Source of the DNA: Candidatus Omnitrophota bacterium
Lineage (GTDB): Bacteria; Omnitrophota; Gorgyraeia; Zapsychrales; Zapsychraceae
Reading direction: 5' to 3'
Length of the DNA: 64,000 nt
Assembly (NCBI GenBank): GCA_015233405.1
Contig: JADFXT010000005.1
Span: forward strand, 10,210-74,209
The translations under genes and the position numbers were made by a program. This document shows positions 19,776 to 28,701 of the stretch, one piece after another. The notes under the pieces were generated by a model. The model was given only the letters and a program-made list of their open reading frames with translations, was not told where the DNA came from and ran no database searches. The first letter of the stretch is position 1. Each line of letters starts with the position of its first letter.

Positions 19776-21395
19776 ATGAGTAATTATTCTAAAAAATCTA
19801 TTGGTGAACTTCTTTTGGAAAAAGGGATCCTGTCTCAGCGTGAGTGGGATCAGGCCCAATATGAGGAGCGTAATAGCGGAGAGAGTTTGTTTAAAATTCT
19901 CCCGCGGCTGGGGTTTATAAGCCAGGAACAGATGGTTAATTTTATTGCTGAACAAACAAGTATTCCACGAATAGAATTAGATAACCAAATCATCGATCCG
20001 AAAGTCATTGCTTTAATCCCGGAAGAGTTAGCACGAAAACATTTAGTCATTCCGGTGTTAAAGATCGCCAATAGTTTGACCTGTGCCATGGTCGACGTAT
20101 TCAATATTTATGTGCTTGATGAACTGGCGCTAAAGACAGGCTTGACGATTGAACCTGCGATTGCGACAGAAGAGGAAATTAAAAGGGCCATTGATAAATT
20201 TTACATGGTTAAAGGAAGCATGCAGGACGCTATTAATACGCTTGACGACCAGAAGACTGATGAACCTGCTTTGGAGGACATGGATGTCATCCATTTAGAA
20301 GGCAGCCAGGAGGATGCCCCACCTGTTGTCAAATTTGTTAATTTGATGATTATAAAAGCCGTGTCCGAAGGGGCATCGGACATTCATGTGGAGCCGGAAG
20401 AAAATTCGCTCAGCATCCGTTTTCGTATCGACGGAATTTTGCATGTGCAACCACAGCCGCCCAAACAATTCCGAGCCGAGATTATTTCACGCATTAAAAT
20501 TCTTTCTCATTTGGATATTGCGGAACATCGTCGGCCTCAAGACGGGCGCATTCAGATGCAAATCGACAGCCGGCGAATTGATATTCGCGTTTCATTTATT
20601 CCGACGGTGTATGGAGAAAACGTGGTCTTAAGACTTTTAGACACCAGTAATATTCTTTTAGGGCTTGATCAGATTGGCCTCCAAAAAGAAAATCTTAATA
20701 AATTCCGCAGCCTTTTACAAAGGCCGAACGGTATCATTTTGGTTACAGGTCCGACGGGAAGCGGAAAAACGACCACATTATATTCTTCGCTAAGCACTAT
20801 TAATTCTCCGGATAAATCCATTGTGACCATTGAAGATCCCGTGGAATACCGCCTGCCTGGTGTTCGTCAGACCCAAGTTGAGCCGAAGGTAGATTTGACG
20901 TTTGCTCGAGGGCTTCGAGCCATTTTAAGACAGGACCCGGATATTATTATGGTTGGTGAAATTCGCGACCCAGAAACAGCGCAAATCGCTATTCAAGCAG
21001 CGTTGACAGGACACTTGGTCTTGGCAACGCTTCACACCAACAATGCCGCAGGAGCTGTCACGCGTCTTTTAGATATTGGCGTGGAGCCGTTTTTATTGTC
21101 TTCATCAATTATTGGCGTCATGGCTCAGCGCTTGGTTCGCTTGGTTTGCAAAAATTGTGGTGGACGTGGATGTAAAAGTTGTTCTATGACAGGTTACAAA
21201 GGCCGGACAGGAATTTATGAGCTTTTGGTTTTTGATGAAAAGATCCGTGCGTTGATTTTACGTAAAGCTTCTGCCGATGAAATTAATCGTGCAGGGCTAG
21301 CGGACGGTATGCAGAGTTTAAGGGATAACGGGTTGGATAAAGCGTCCCAGGGGCTTACGACTAAAGAAGAAGTGTTTCGCGTAACCCAGGAATAG
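19776..21395 (+). CDS. type IV pilus / T2SS assembly ATPase (GspE/PilB family)
   Basis: N-terminal T2SSE_N/MshEN-like helices. Walker A GPTGSGKTTT. Asp and His boxes. Tetracysteine CKNC-x4-CKSC. Confidence 0.95.
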   Translation: MSNYSKKSIGELLLEKGILSQREWDQAQYEERNSGESLFKILPRLGFISQEQMVNFIAEQTSIPRIELDNQIIDPKVIALIPEELARKHLVIPVLKIANSLTCAMVDVFNIYVLDELALKTGLTIEPAIATEEEIKRAIDKFYMVKGSMQDAINTLDDQKTDEPALEDMDVIHLEGSQEDAPPVVKFVNLMIIKAVSEGASDIHVEPEENSLSIRFRIDGILHVQPQPPKQFRAEIISRIKILSHLDIAEHRRPQDGRIQMQIDSRRIDIRVSFIPTVYGENVVLRLLDTSNILLGLDQIGLQKENLNKFRSLLQRPNGIILVTGPTGSGKTTTLYSSLSTINSPDKSIVTIEDPVEYRLPGVRQTQVEPKVDLTFARGLRAILRQDPDIIMVGEIRDPETAQIAIQAALTGHLVLATLHTNNAAGAVTRLLDIGVEPFLLSSSIIGVMAQRLVRLVCKNCGGRGCKSCSMTGYKGRTGIYELLVFDEKIRALILRKASADEINRAGLADGMQSLRDNGLDKASQGLTTKEEVFRVTQE

Positions 21396-21413
21396 ATGAA
21401 AGAGAATATTTAA

Positions 21414-22643
21414 ATGGCAATTTATTCTTATAAAGCCAGAAATAATTCCGGAGAGCTGATTACGGGAAAATTGGAATCCTCATCAGAGGCTGAAGCGATC
21501 AATCAGTTGCATCAGATGCAGTATATTCCCATCAAGATCAGCGAGGAAACATCCGTAAGCGCTAAAGAAGCGCCTCAGCCCGGAGTTAAAATGAGCCAAG
21601 CCGGACGAGTGAAAGTCAGCGATTTGATGTTTTTCTGTATCAATCTTTCGAGCATGGTTAGCGCGGGGCTTCCTTTAATGGGCGCTCTTAATGTTACGGC
21701 GGACCAATTGGTTAATCCCTATTTTTCTGAGGTTATTCGCAAGGTCGCTCAATCTGTTTCACAAGGGGTTACGTTTTCCGACTCTTTGGAAAAATTTCCG
21801 ACGATATTTTCAAAATTTTTTGTGAATATGGTTCGCGTTGGAGAAATGTCCGGGACCATGGACAATTCTTTGAAAACATTGGCGGTCTATATGGAGGGGC
21901 AGGAAAATTTAAGGCAAAAGGTCATTGGCGCACTGATTTATCCGGCCATATTAATAACTGCTGGTATAGGCGTCATTCTTCTTATTTTGACTTTTGTCAT
22001 GCCTAAATTTGTCCAGATTTTTACAAGATCCGGCGTACCACTTCCATTGCCGACGAGAATTTTGTATGATTTAAGCGTGCTGATTCAGCAGCGCTGGATT
22101 CTGTTTCTCTTTTGTTTGGGGGCGTTCATCGCCGCTATTAAAATAGGATTACAGACAAAATCTGGTAAGGATCTTTGGCAGCGTTTTTTGTTGAAGACCC
22201 CGTTATTTGGTCCAGTAACAAATAATATTCTTATTGCGCGTTTTACTCGGACATTAGGTTCTTTGTTAAATTCAGGTGTGCCGTTATTACAGTCATTGGA
22301 TATTTTAAAAGGGATCATTGATAATTGTGTTTTTTCTAATATCATCCAGGAAGTTCGGGTTAGCGTGGAGAAAGGAGAGGGGGTTCATAAACCGCTGATA
22401 AAACATAAAGAATTCCCTAAAGATGTGGTCTATATGATTTCCGTCGGAGAAAGCGCCGGTAAAATGGGGCAGATGCTCAATAAGGCGGCTGATTTTTATG
22501 AAAACAAAGTGGATTATTCGATTAAAGGCTTAGTCGTGTTCATTGAACCGGTTTTTATTTCTTTTTTAGGAGTGTGCGTTGGCGGCATCATGGCCAGCGT
22601 TCTTTTACCGATGTTTGATATGATCAAAACAATTAGACACTAA
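21414..22643 (+). CDS. type IV pilus / T2SS inner-membrane platform protein (GspF/PilC family)
   Basis: 409 aa. Duplicated T2SSF domains and three TM segments. Confidence 0.95.
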   Translation: MAIYSYKARNNSGELITGKLESSSEAEAINQLHQMQYIPIKISEETSVSAKEAPQPGVKMSQAGRVKVSDLMFFCINLSSMVSAGLPLMGALNVTADQLVNPYFSEVIRKVAQSVSQGVTFSDSLEKFPTIFSKFFVNMVRVGEMSGTMDNSLKTLAVYMEGQENLRQKVIGALIYPAILITAGIGVILLILTFVMPKFVQIFTRSGVPLPLPTRILYDLSVLIQQRWILFLFCLGAFIAAIKIGLQTKSGKDLWQRFLLKTPLFGPVTNNILIARFTRTLGSLLNSGVPLLQSLDILKGIIDNCVFSNIIQEVRVSVEKGEGVHKPLIKHKEFPKDVVYMISVGESAGKMGQMLNKAADFYENKVDYSIKGLVVFIEPVFISFLGVCVGGIMASVLLPMFDMIKTIRH

Positions 22644-22719
22644 CCGTAATAATACAAAAAGGAGCTAACAAATGGACAAAAAAAGAAATCAACGTATTAA
22701 CAAAGAAAGGAGTCAAGAA

Positions 22720-23169
22720 ATGAACAAAAAAGGTTTTACACTTCTGGAAATCCTGGTGGTGATTTCCGTCATAGCAATCCTCATAGGAATTGCTGTGCCC
22801 CGTCTAAAAGGTATGCAGGATGAAGCTAATTCCACCAAAGCCAAAAGTGAGTTAAAGACCCTTCAAACCGCTATTGAGTCGTATTATATTCATAAAAGTC
22901 CGCATGCTTACCCAGGCACCTCTGATACCATATTTGTTGATTCTTTGCAATCAGCAACTCCACAGATCATTGGGACAGTAGCTCTATTTGATCCTTTTGC
23001 GGCTACGGGAACCGAATATAATTATGTGCGGTTCGGAGATAATGATCAGTACTATGTTATATATTCCGTTGGAGTTAATGGAAACGGTACAGTTACACCT
23101 GTTGATGCTACAGGCGCAGCTGCTCCTTCCAGTGGCGCTATATGCGTAACCAATGGAAGTGGGTGTTAA
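22720..23169 (+). CDS. major (pseudo)pilin with prepilin N-terminal methylation motif
   Basis: The ORF track starts at 22672. Met at 22720 has an AAAGGAG RBS and gives a short leader MNKKG-FTLLEILVVISVIAILIGIAVP (class III signal with Glu5). Confidence 0.85.
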   Translation: MNKKGFTLLEILVVISVIAILIGIAVPRLKGMQDEANSTKAKSELKTLQTAIESYYIHKSPHAYPGTSDTIFVDSLQSATPQIIGTVALFDPFAATGTEYNYVRFGDNDQYYVIYSVGVNGNGTVTPVDATGAAAPSSGAICVTNGSGC

Positions 23170-23182
23170 GGAAAGGTTTTTT

Positions 23183-23557
23183 ATGGGAAAGGGGCCAGGG
23201 GTTCATGGCGACGGATTCACATTATTAGAATTACTGTTAACCGTTGCTTTGTTGGTCGTAGGAGTTGTATCTGTGGTAAGTGCATTGTCTGCAGGTGTAA
23301 CCACCGACCAAAGCGTGGAAGGACAAGCAATTGCGTTGACCTTGGCCCAGGAAGAAATGGAAACTCTTAAAGACTCGAGTTGGGCATCTGTTTCTGCGGC
23401 AGGACAAAGTCAAGTTTCTGGTTTTCCGGATTACAATCAAGAGATTCTTGTTTCCGGTGATGATCCCAAAGAAGTGACCGTTAATGTTTATTGGGCATTT
23501 AAAGGAGTTCAGCAGAAGGTCAGTTTAGTCACGCTTTTGACCAACCCGTCTCCGTAA
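23183..23557 (+). CDS. minor pseudopilin (GspI-like)
   Basis: Leader ...HGDG-FTLLELLLTVALLVVG. Start taken at the internal Met 23183. Confidence 0.75.
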   Translation: MGKGPGVHGDGFTLLELLLTVALLVVGVVSVVSALSAGVTTDQSVEGQAIALTLAQEEMETLKDSSWASVSAAGQSQVSGFPDYNQEILVSGDDPKEVTVNVYWAFKGVQQKVSLVTLLTNPSP

Positions 23558-23624
23558 TAAATGTCTAAGAAAATAAGGATATTTTCTTCCAATCATAAAA
23601 AAACCGAAATTTCCTTGAAAGCCA

Positions 23625-24116
23625 ATGAAGAAGACTGGATTTACGATTGTTGAGCTGATCATCGCCGTAGGATTAATGGCGATTTTGACAGTCACGCTGA
23701 TATTTGTTTATTTGGCGTGTTTTAGGGTCTGGGATTCAGGCCAGAATCGTTCCTCGCTGAGGACAAAATTGTCGCAGGCCATGGAATTGATGTCTGAAGA
23801 TTTACGGCAGGCGAATACAATAGATTCCTTAACAGACAACAGCGTATCCTTTTTTGGCGAGAATTCCGTTCAATATAATTTTTATTTGTATAATGCAACG
23901 GATTCCGAGGAAGAAGGTTCTTACGACCTGTTGAGAAGTTTAGCGAGTGAACCTGCCGGCGATGGAGCAGTGATGGCGACCGGAATACAGTCAACGGGAA
24001 CCCCAGCATTTAGTCGAAATAACGGTTTAATAACGATTGATTTGACTTCAACGAATTCCGGAGAAACAGTCCATATGCGGACTAAGGTTAAGCTCAGAAA
24101 TATTTCTTCCCAATGA
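23625..24116 (+). CDS. minor pseudopilin (GspJ/PulJ-like)
   Basis: MKKTG-FTIVELIIAVGLMAIL prepilin motif. Followed by a RSSLRTKLSQAMELMSEDLRQA helix, as in GspJ-type proteins. Confidence 0.8.
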   Translation: MKKTGFTIVELIIAVGLMAILTVTLIFVYLACFRVWDSGQNRSSLRTKLSQAMELMSEDLRQANTIDSLTDNSVSFFGENSVQYNFYLYNATDSEEEGSYDLLRSLASEPAGDGAVMATGIQSTGTPAFSRNNGLITIDLTSTNSGETVHMRTKVKLRNISSQ

Positions 24117-25891
24117 AAATGTTTATGCGTCCAGGCATTAACAAGAAGCGCGGCAGTATCCTGCTGATAACTTTGATATTGATGATCACTTTGACTGTTT
24201 TTGTCACAAGCTTTTTATCAGGCGTTCTTTATGATAACAGGACCGTTGACAATCAAACCACGAACAGCAAAGCTCTATATTTGGCGGAAGCAGGTTTGAA
24301 TAAGGCTATGTGGTATTTGCTTCATACCGCGCCCAATGGAACTACTAATGGTTCCTGGCGAACAACCGCTTACCCGGCGGCATCCGGCGCTGGAGCTACA
24401 GATCCTAAAAAAGAATCTTTTGCTGACGGAACTTATACGATGTGGGTTCAGGATTATGGAGATGGTTCGATTTTAATTACGGCGAGTGGGACTTATAATA
24501 ATTTTACAAAGACGATTCATCAGCGAGTTAATCTTTCTTCTGCAAGTGGCGAGTTAGTAGGCTGGTGGAAATTTGATGAAGGGGAAGACGAAACAGCAAC
24601 GGATTCAAGCGGGAATAGTTATGACGGCACATTTGTTCACAGCCCCCAATGGATTTCCGGAAGAATTAAAAATGCGCTTAGCTTTAATGGGAGCAATTCT
24701 TATGTCAATTTACCAAACGCGCCGAATGTTAGTAATTCTTCGCTTACGATCACGGCTTGGGCGCAGCGTAACGGACGGGGAAGCGGCCCTGATGATATCA
24801 TTTTTTGTCAGGGAGAAAACAACCATAATAAGATGATCAGTTTTGGTTTTTATGGTGATACTTTTGGTGTTAACTGTAGTTGGGATGATTTACATAGTAC
24901 TACTTCCTACCCGGATACTGATTGGCATCTTTGGGCTCTTACTTGGGATGCAAACAACAATCAACGGCGCATTTACCGGGATGGAGTTATTGTAGCTAAT
25001 GATGTGGCAGATGGAAATTATCAAGGTCAAGGCAATACTTATATCGGGGCTAGATTGGATAATGGGAGCTATTTTAATGGAGCTATTGATGACGTCCGTG
25101 TTTATAACACGGCCTTATCCACCGCACAAATTAAAGGGATTTACCTGGATGGAGACCCGAACTTAGTCGCGCATTGGACATTTGACGACGGGACTGCTAC
25201 GGATTCCATGGGCAATTATGATGGAACACTGAACAACGGCCCGACAAAGGTTTCCGGAAAAGTTGGCAGCGGGGCTTTAAGTTTTACTAGCTCAAATCAA
25301 AACGTATCTATCCCTACAGATATAATAGCTTTAAACAATGCCTCTAAATTTAGTATTACAGGATGGGCAAATATAAAAGGTGATTGGGGAAACGGCGGGA
25401 ACGCAATTTTCGGAAAACTTAGCGATTATTGGCATGATATAGATTTAATGGTAAGCAGTAACCATGATTGGTTCATGCAAGTAGATAATAGCGCTGATCA
25501 CGACAGCACGGGATTTGTTAATAATTCGAGTTTAGATAATCAATGGGCTTTTGTTTCAGGAGTCTTTGATGGCACAAAAGATGGAGATGACAATCGCTTA
25601 AAATTGTATTTAAATGGTGCACCGCAATCATTATCTTTTAACAATACGCCTTTTCCAGCGACAAGTCCAAATATTCCTGGCGCTCCACAAGCAATAGGAT
25701 CATATGCTGGGAGCGGTTGGAATTTTAACGGATATCTAGATGATATTCGTATTTACAGTAAGCCATTATCCGACGATGAAGTTACAAGTCTTTACAGTCT
25801 TGGAAACATTGGCGGTAGCGGCAACCGCAAGTTGACCGTAGTGCCCCAATCTTGGGCGGAATGTGGGACAGCATCTTTTGTTTGTCCATAA
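24113..25891 (+). CDS. large GspK/PilX-like minor pilin carrying two LamG (concanavalin A-like lectin) domains
   Basis: ATGA start/stop overlap with the upstream pilin. N-terminus KKRGSILLITLILMITLTVFV (pseudopilin-like, no Glu5). ALYLAEAGLNKA PilX_N-like helix. Two LamG_3-type modules starting LVGWWKFDEGEDETATDSSGNSYDGT and LVAHWTFDDGTATDSMGNYDGT, each ending with an IDD(V/I)R(V/I)Y motif. Confidence 0.8.
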   Translation: MKMFMRPGINKKRGSILLITLILMITLTVFVTSFLSGVLYDNRTVDNQTTNSKALYLAEAGLNKAMWYLLHTAPNGTTNGSWRTTAYPAASGAGATDPKKESFADGTYTMWVQDYGDGSILITASGTYNNFTKTIHQRVNLSSASGELVGWWKFDEGEDETATDSSGNSYDGTFVHSPQWISGRIKNALSFNGSNSYVNLPNAPNVSNSSLTITAWAQRNGRGSGPDDIIFCQGENNHNKMISFGFYGDTFGVNCSWDDLHSTTSYPDTDWHLWALTWDANNNQRRIYRDGVIVANDVADGNYQGQGNTYIGARLDNGSYFNGAIDDVRVYNTALSTAQIKGIYLDGDPNLVAHWTFDDGTATDSMGNYDGTLNNGPTKVSGKVGSGALSFTSSNQNVSIPTDIIALNNASKFSITGWANIKGDWGNGGNAIFGKLSDYWHDIDLMVSSNHDWFMQVDNSADHDSTGFVNNSSLDNQWAFVSGVFDGTKDGDDNRLKLYLNGAPQSLSFNNTPFPATSPNIPGAPQAIGSYAGSGWNFNGYLDDIRIYSKPLSDDEVTSLYSLGNIGGSGNRKLTVVPQSWAECGTASFVCP

Positions 25892-25909
25892 TATATTAGA
25901 GTAATTAAA

Positions 25910-27640
25910 ATGGATAAAAATAATATAAAAACAACATTAGACGAGAAAAAGGCGGCAGGTCCTGATTTTTCTAAACTTCAGGAGGCTTTGTCTAAAGGGA
26001 AAACTGTTATCGGTATTGATATCGGTGTAAGCTCTATTGGCGTGGTCCAAACGGCGAATTATCAAGGTAAACCAACGATTATAAAAACTGCGATTGAGAG
26101 TATTAATTCTGCCAATGAGAAAGAACACGAAAAGGCAACTCTTGCCGCGCTAAAACGTGTTTTAGCTTATTTTAACACAAAGAAATCCGATGTTGTTTGT
26201 GTTATCCCCAGTTTCCAGACGCAGATTGAACATATGATCATGCCTGTCATTCCGCCAAAAGAAATTTCTGATGCCGTTTATTTGGAGATCAGCCATTCTC
26301 CACATTTTGCCAAAGAAAAGCCCATTGTGGATTTTCAAATTATGGGACGCATTATTGATAAGGGTTTGGAAAAAATAAGTGTGATTGTGGCGGCAACATC
26401 GAAAACCGTCGTTGACAAGCTTTTGGCAAAATTTATACCTCAAAAAGCCAAACTTTTAACCGGCCTAGAGAAAAAATCCTTCGAAGAATCCCCTGTAGGA
26501 GTAGAAGTTACGGCTATTATTCCCGTATCGATTGCCATGGAGAATATCATTAAGAAATCAAAACTAAACGCAGAGGAAGAGGAGATCATCGCAGTTATTG
26601 AAATTGGAGCTAGTTCTACAGAGTTAAATATTTTTCGCAATTCTCAACTGGAATTCTCCCGTCTAATTCCTGTTTCGGGTTTTGATTTAACAAAGGTCTT
26701 AACGAATGCATTATTTACGGAGACTGGAAAGGTTGAAATGACCCTTGAGGAAGCCGAACGCGTAAAAAGAGAATACGGCATTCCTTCTGCTGGAGACAAT
26801 TTTCTTATTAACAAAAAAATATCTTCCAATCAAATTCTTTCATTACTGCGTCCTCGGTTAGAACAACTTGTGGCGGAAATTTCGAGAACATTTGACTATT
26901 ATCACCAGAAAAGACCTGTGGGCAAAATTGAGCGGCTCATTATGTTTGGCGGAGGAGCTAAGCTTAAAGGATTAGCCGGTTTTCTCAATGCAGAACTTGG
27001 ATTACCGGTTCATCTGGGGAATCCTTTGCAAGATGTAGACCTTCTTTTTAAAGATGTGGTGGCTCATGAGGAGGACGCACAAAGGTTGGTCTTGGCTATA
27101 GGCGCTTCCTTAGATAATTCAAAAGGCATTAATCTTTTGCCTGTTCATTTAAAAGAGAAGAAGAAAATATTAATTCAAAGGATGTCTATTATATCAACAG
27201 CAGCTATCATCGTAGGGATTCTGGTTTTTATGTTCTTTGGATTGCTGACAAAAATGATGTTAGTCCGCGAACAATTGAAGATTGCTCAAAGTGACTTTCC
27301 TGAGTTGGCCCCACGTATTGATAAATTAAGAAATACTCTGTTAACTCAGCGGCTTGTCCGTAACCGTCCGGATGTAGGCATTTTATTTGAACAGTTGAGC
27401 AATTTGCCGGAAAATATTTATTTGACAGACTTAAGCGTAACCTCCGGCAGAGTGCAGATCACGGGATTTGTTATGGGGGAAAGCCACGAAGTCCAGGGAA
27501 TTCCCGCTCAACTTGGCATAGATTTACAAAAGAAAGGATTCCTGGTGTCTTCGAATCCTTTGTGGACAAAACGAATGCAAAAAAGAAATGCGACAGAATT
27601 TAAAATAGAAGGCTGCTTAAGCCCGACGGGATGCTACTGA
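25910..27640 (+). CDS. PilM (actin-like ATPase fold) fused to PilN
   Basis: N-terminal PilM-type domain (VIGIDIGVSSIGVV, MFGGGAKLKGL). It continues without a stop into the PilN signature INLLP (27128-27142), a TM helix and a periplasmic PilN-like domain. Confidence 0.8.
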   Translation: MDKNNIKTTLDEKKAAGPDFSKLQEALSKGKTVIGIDIGVSSIGVVQTANYQGKPTIIKTAIESINSANEKEHEKATLAALKRVLAYFNTKKSDVVCVIPSFQTQIEHMIMPVIPPKEISDAVYLEISHSPHFAKEKPIVDFQIMGRIIDKGLEKISVIVAATSKTVVDKLLAKFIPQKAKLLTGLEKKSFEESPVGVEVTAIIPVSIAMENIIKKSKLNAEEEEIIAVIEIGASSTELNIFRNSQLEFSRLIPVSGFDLTKVLTNALFTETGKVEMTLEEAERVKREYGIPSAGDNFLINKKISSNQILSLLRPRLEQLVAEISRTFDYYHQKRPVGKIERLIMFGGGAKLKGLAGFLNAELGLPVHLGNPLQDVDLLFKDVVAHEEDAQRLVLAIGASLDNSKGINLLPVHLKEKKKILIQRMSIISTAAIIVGILVFMFFGLLTKMMLVREQLKIAQSDFPELAPRIDKLRNTLLTQRLVRNRPDVGILFEQLSNLPENIYLTDLSVTSGRVQITGFVMGESHEVQGIPAQLGIDLQKKGFLVSSNPLWTKRMQKRNATEFKIEGCLSPTGCY

Positions 27641-28170
27641 TGAATATAAAGGACAAAAAACAAAGAACGCTTTTTATGTCTATCGCCGCAGGAATTATTT
27701 TGTTGGCTGTTGGGCTGGGTTTATTGTGTGTACGATTTTATAGTGAAATCAATCAAATGACTGAACTGAGAAAAAATGTCATGCAAGAAAATCTTGCGGC
27801 CCGTAATTTGCTTACCGCCAAGCATGGTTCCTGGACAGATGCCAAGTTGATATCTCCGATGAAAGTAGATGTTTTAATAGACACGTTAATAAAAATTGCT
27901 GGGCAAAACAATGTGGACTTGACCGTGTTGACGCCGCCGTCCGTTGTTAAAGAAACCGCGAAGAAGAAAAATTATTATCAACGGATTATTTTTGATATGG
28001 AAGCCAGGGCTTCTTTTAAAGATTTCGGATTATTTCTTGCTGCGGTAAGGGATACTCCAGAAGGGATTGTAGATATCAACGGCTTACATGTAGGTCCAGA
28101 TGACCTTAACTCTCAACACATTAAAGCCAGGATCACATTTATGTTGTTTGTGGACATTAACAATGGATAA
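27631..28170 (+). CDS. PilO-like pilus alignment protein
   Basis: Single N-terminal TM, a coiled segment, and a ferredoxin-like C-terminal domain (YQRIIFDMEARASFKDFGLFLAAV). Overlaps the pilMN stop. Confidence 0.7.
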   Translation: MLLMNIKDKKQRTLFMSIAAGIILLAVGLGLLCVRFYSEINQMTELRKNVMQENLAARNLLTAKHGSWTDAKLISPMKVDVLIDTLIKIAGQNNVDLTVLTPPSVVKETAKKKNYYQRIIFDMEARASFKDFGLFLAAVRDTPEGIVDINGLHVGPDDLNSQHIKARITFMLFVDINNG

Positions 28171-28657
28171 AAATAAAAAAATCATCAGCATTGTCTTGTT
28201 TCTTATCGTGCCGGCGATTTTGTTTTGGGGGAGCAACTCTAAACCAACAAAGGCGCCAACGCCCGCTTCAACGACGGCAACAATATTCCCTAATAAAAAA
28301 GAATTGACGACGTTGATGCAAGAAGACAAGGATTGGCAAGAAAAATCAGTTAAGGTCAATTGGGGTAGCCGAAATCCTTTTGATGTTAGCGTATTTAAGA
28401 CTATTGAAACATCGACAGCATCATCTTTAAAGCCTGGAACAAAGGTTCACGGGACCGCGGCGGGGGATAATGGGCTTGAACTTATGGGGATTTTATCCAG
28501 CGGCCCTAGGCCAAGCGCCATTATCAATAATGAGGTTGTCGGCCTCGGAGCTAAGATCAATGGTATGACTGTTAAAGAAATCACCGACAGGGCTGTTATC
28601 CTTACCGATGGGGAAAAAGAAAAGATTCTATCAATGCGAACGATCCTTGCCCAGTAA
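28163..28657 (+). CDS. PilP/GspC-like periplasmic protein
   Basis: The ORF track starts at 28100. Met 28163 gives MDKNKKIISIVLFLIVPAILFW. The C-terminus AIINNEVVGLGAKINGMTVKEITDRAVILTDG matches the beta-domain pattern of PilP/GspC proteins. Confidence 0.6.
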   Translation: MDKNKKIISIVLFLIVPAILFWGSNSKPTKAPTPASTTATIFPNKKELTTLMQEDKDWQEKSVKVNWGSRNPFDVSVFKTIETSTASSLKPGTKVHGTAAGDNGLELMGILSSGPRPSAIINNEVVGLGAKINGMTVKEITDRAVILTDGEKEKILSMRTILAQ

Positions 28658-28701
28658 TTTCCGCACAACTTATTTTATAAAAAACAATTTATCGCCTAAA
28701 T

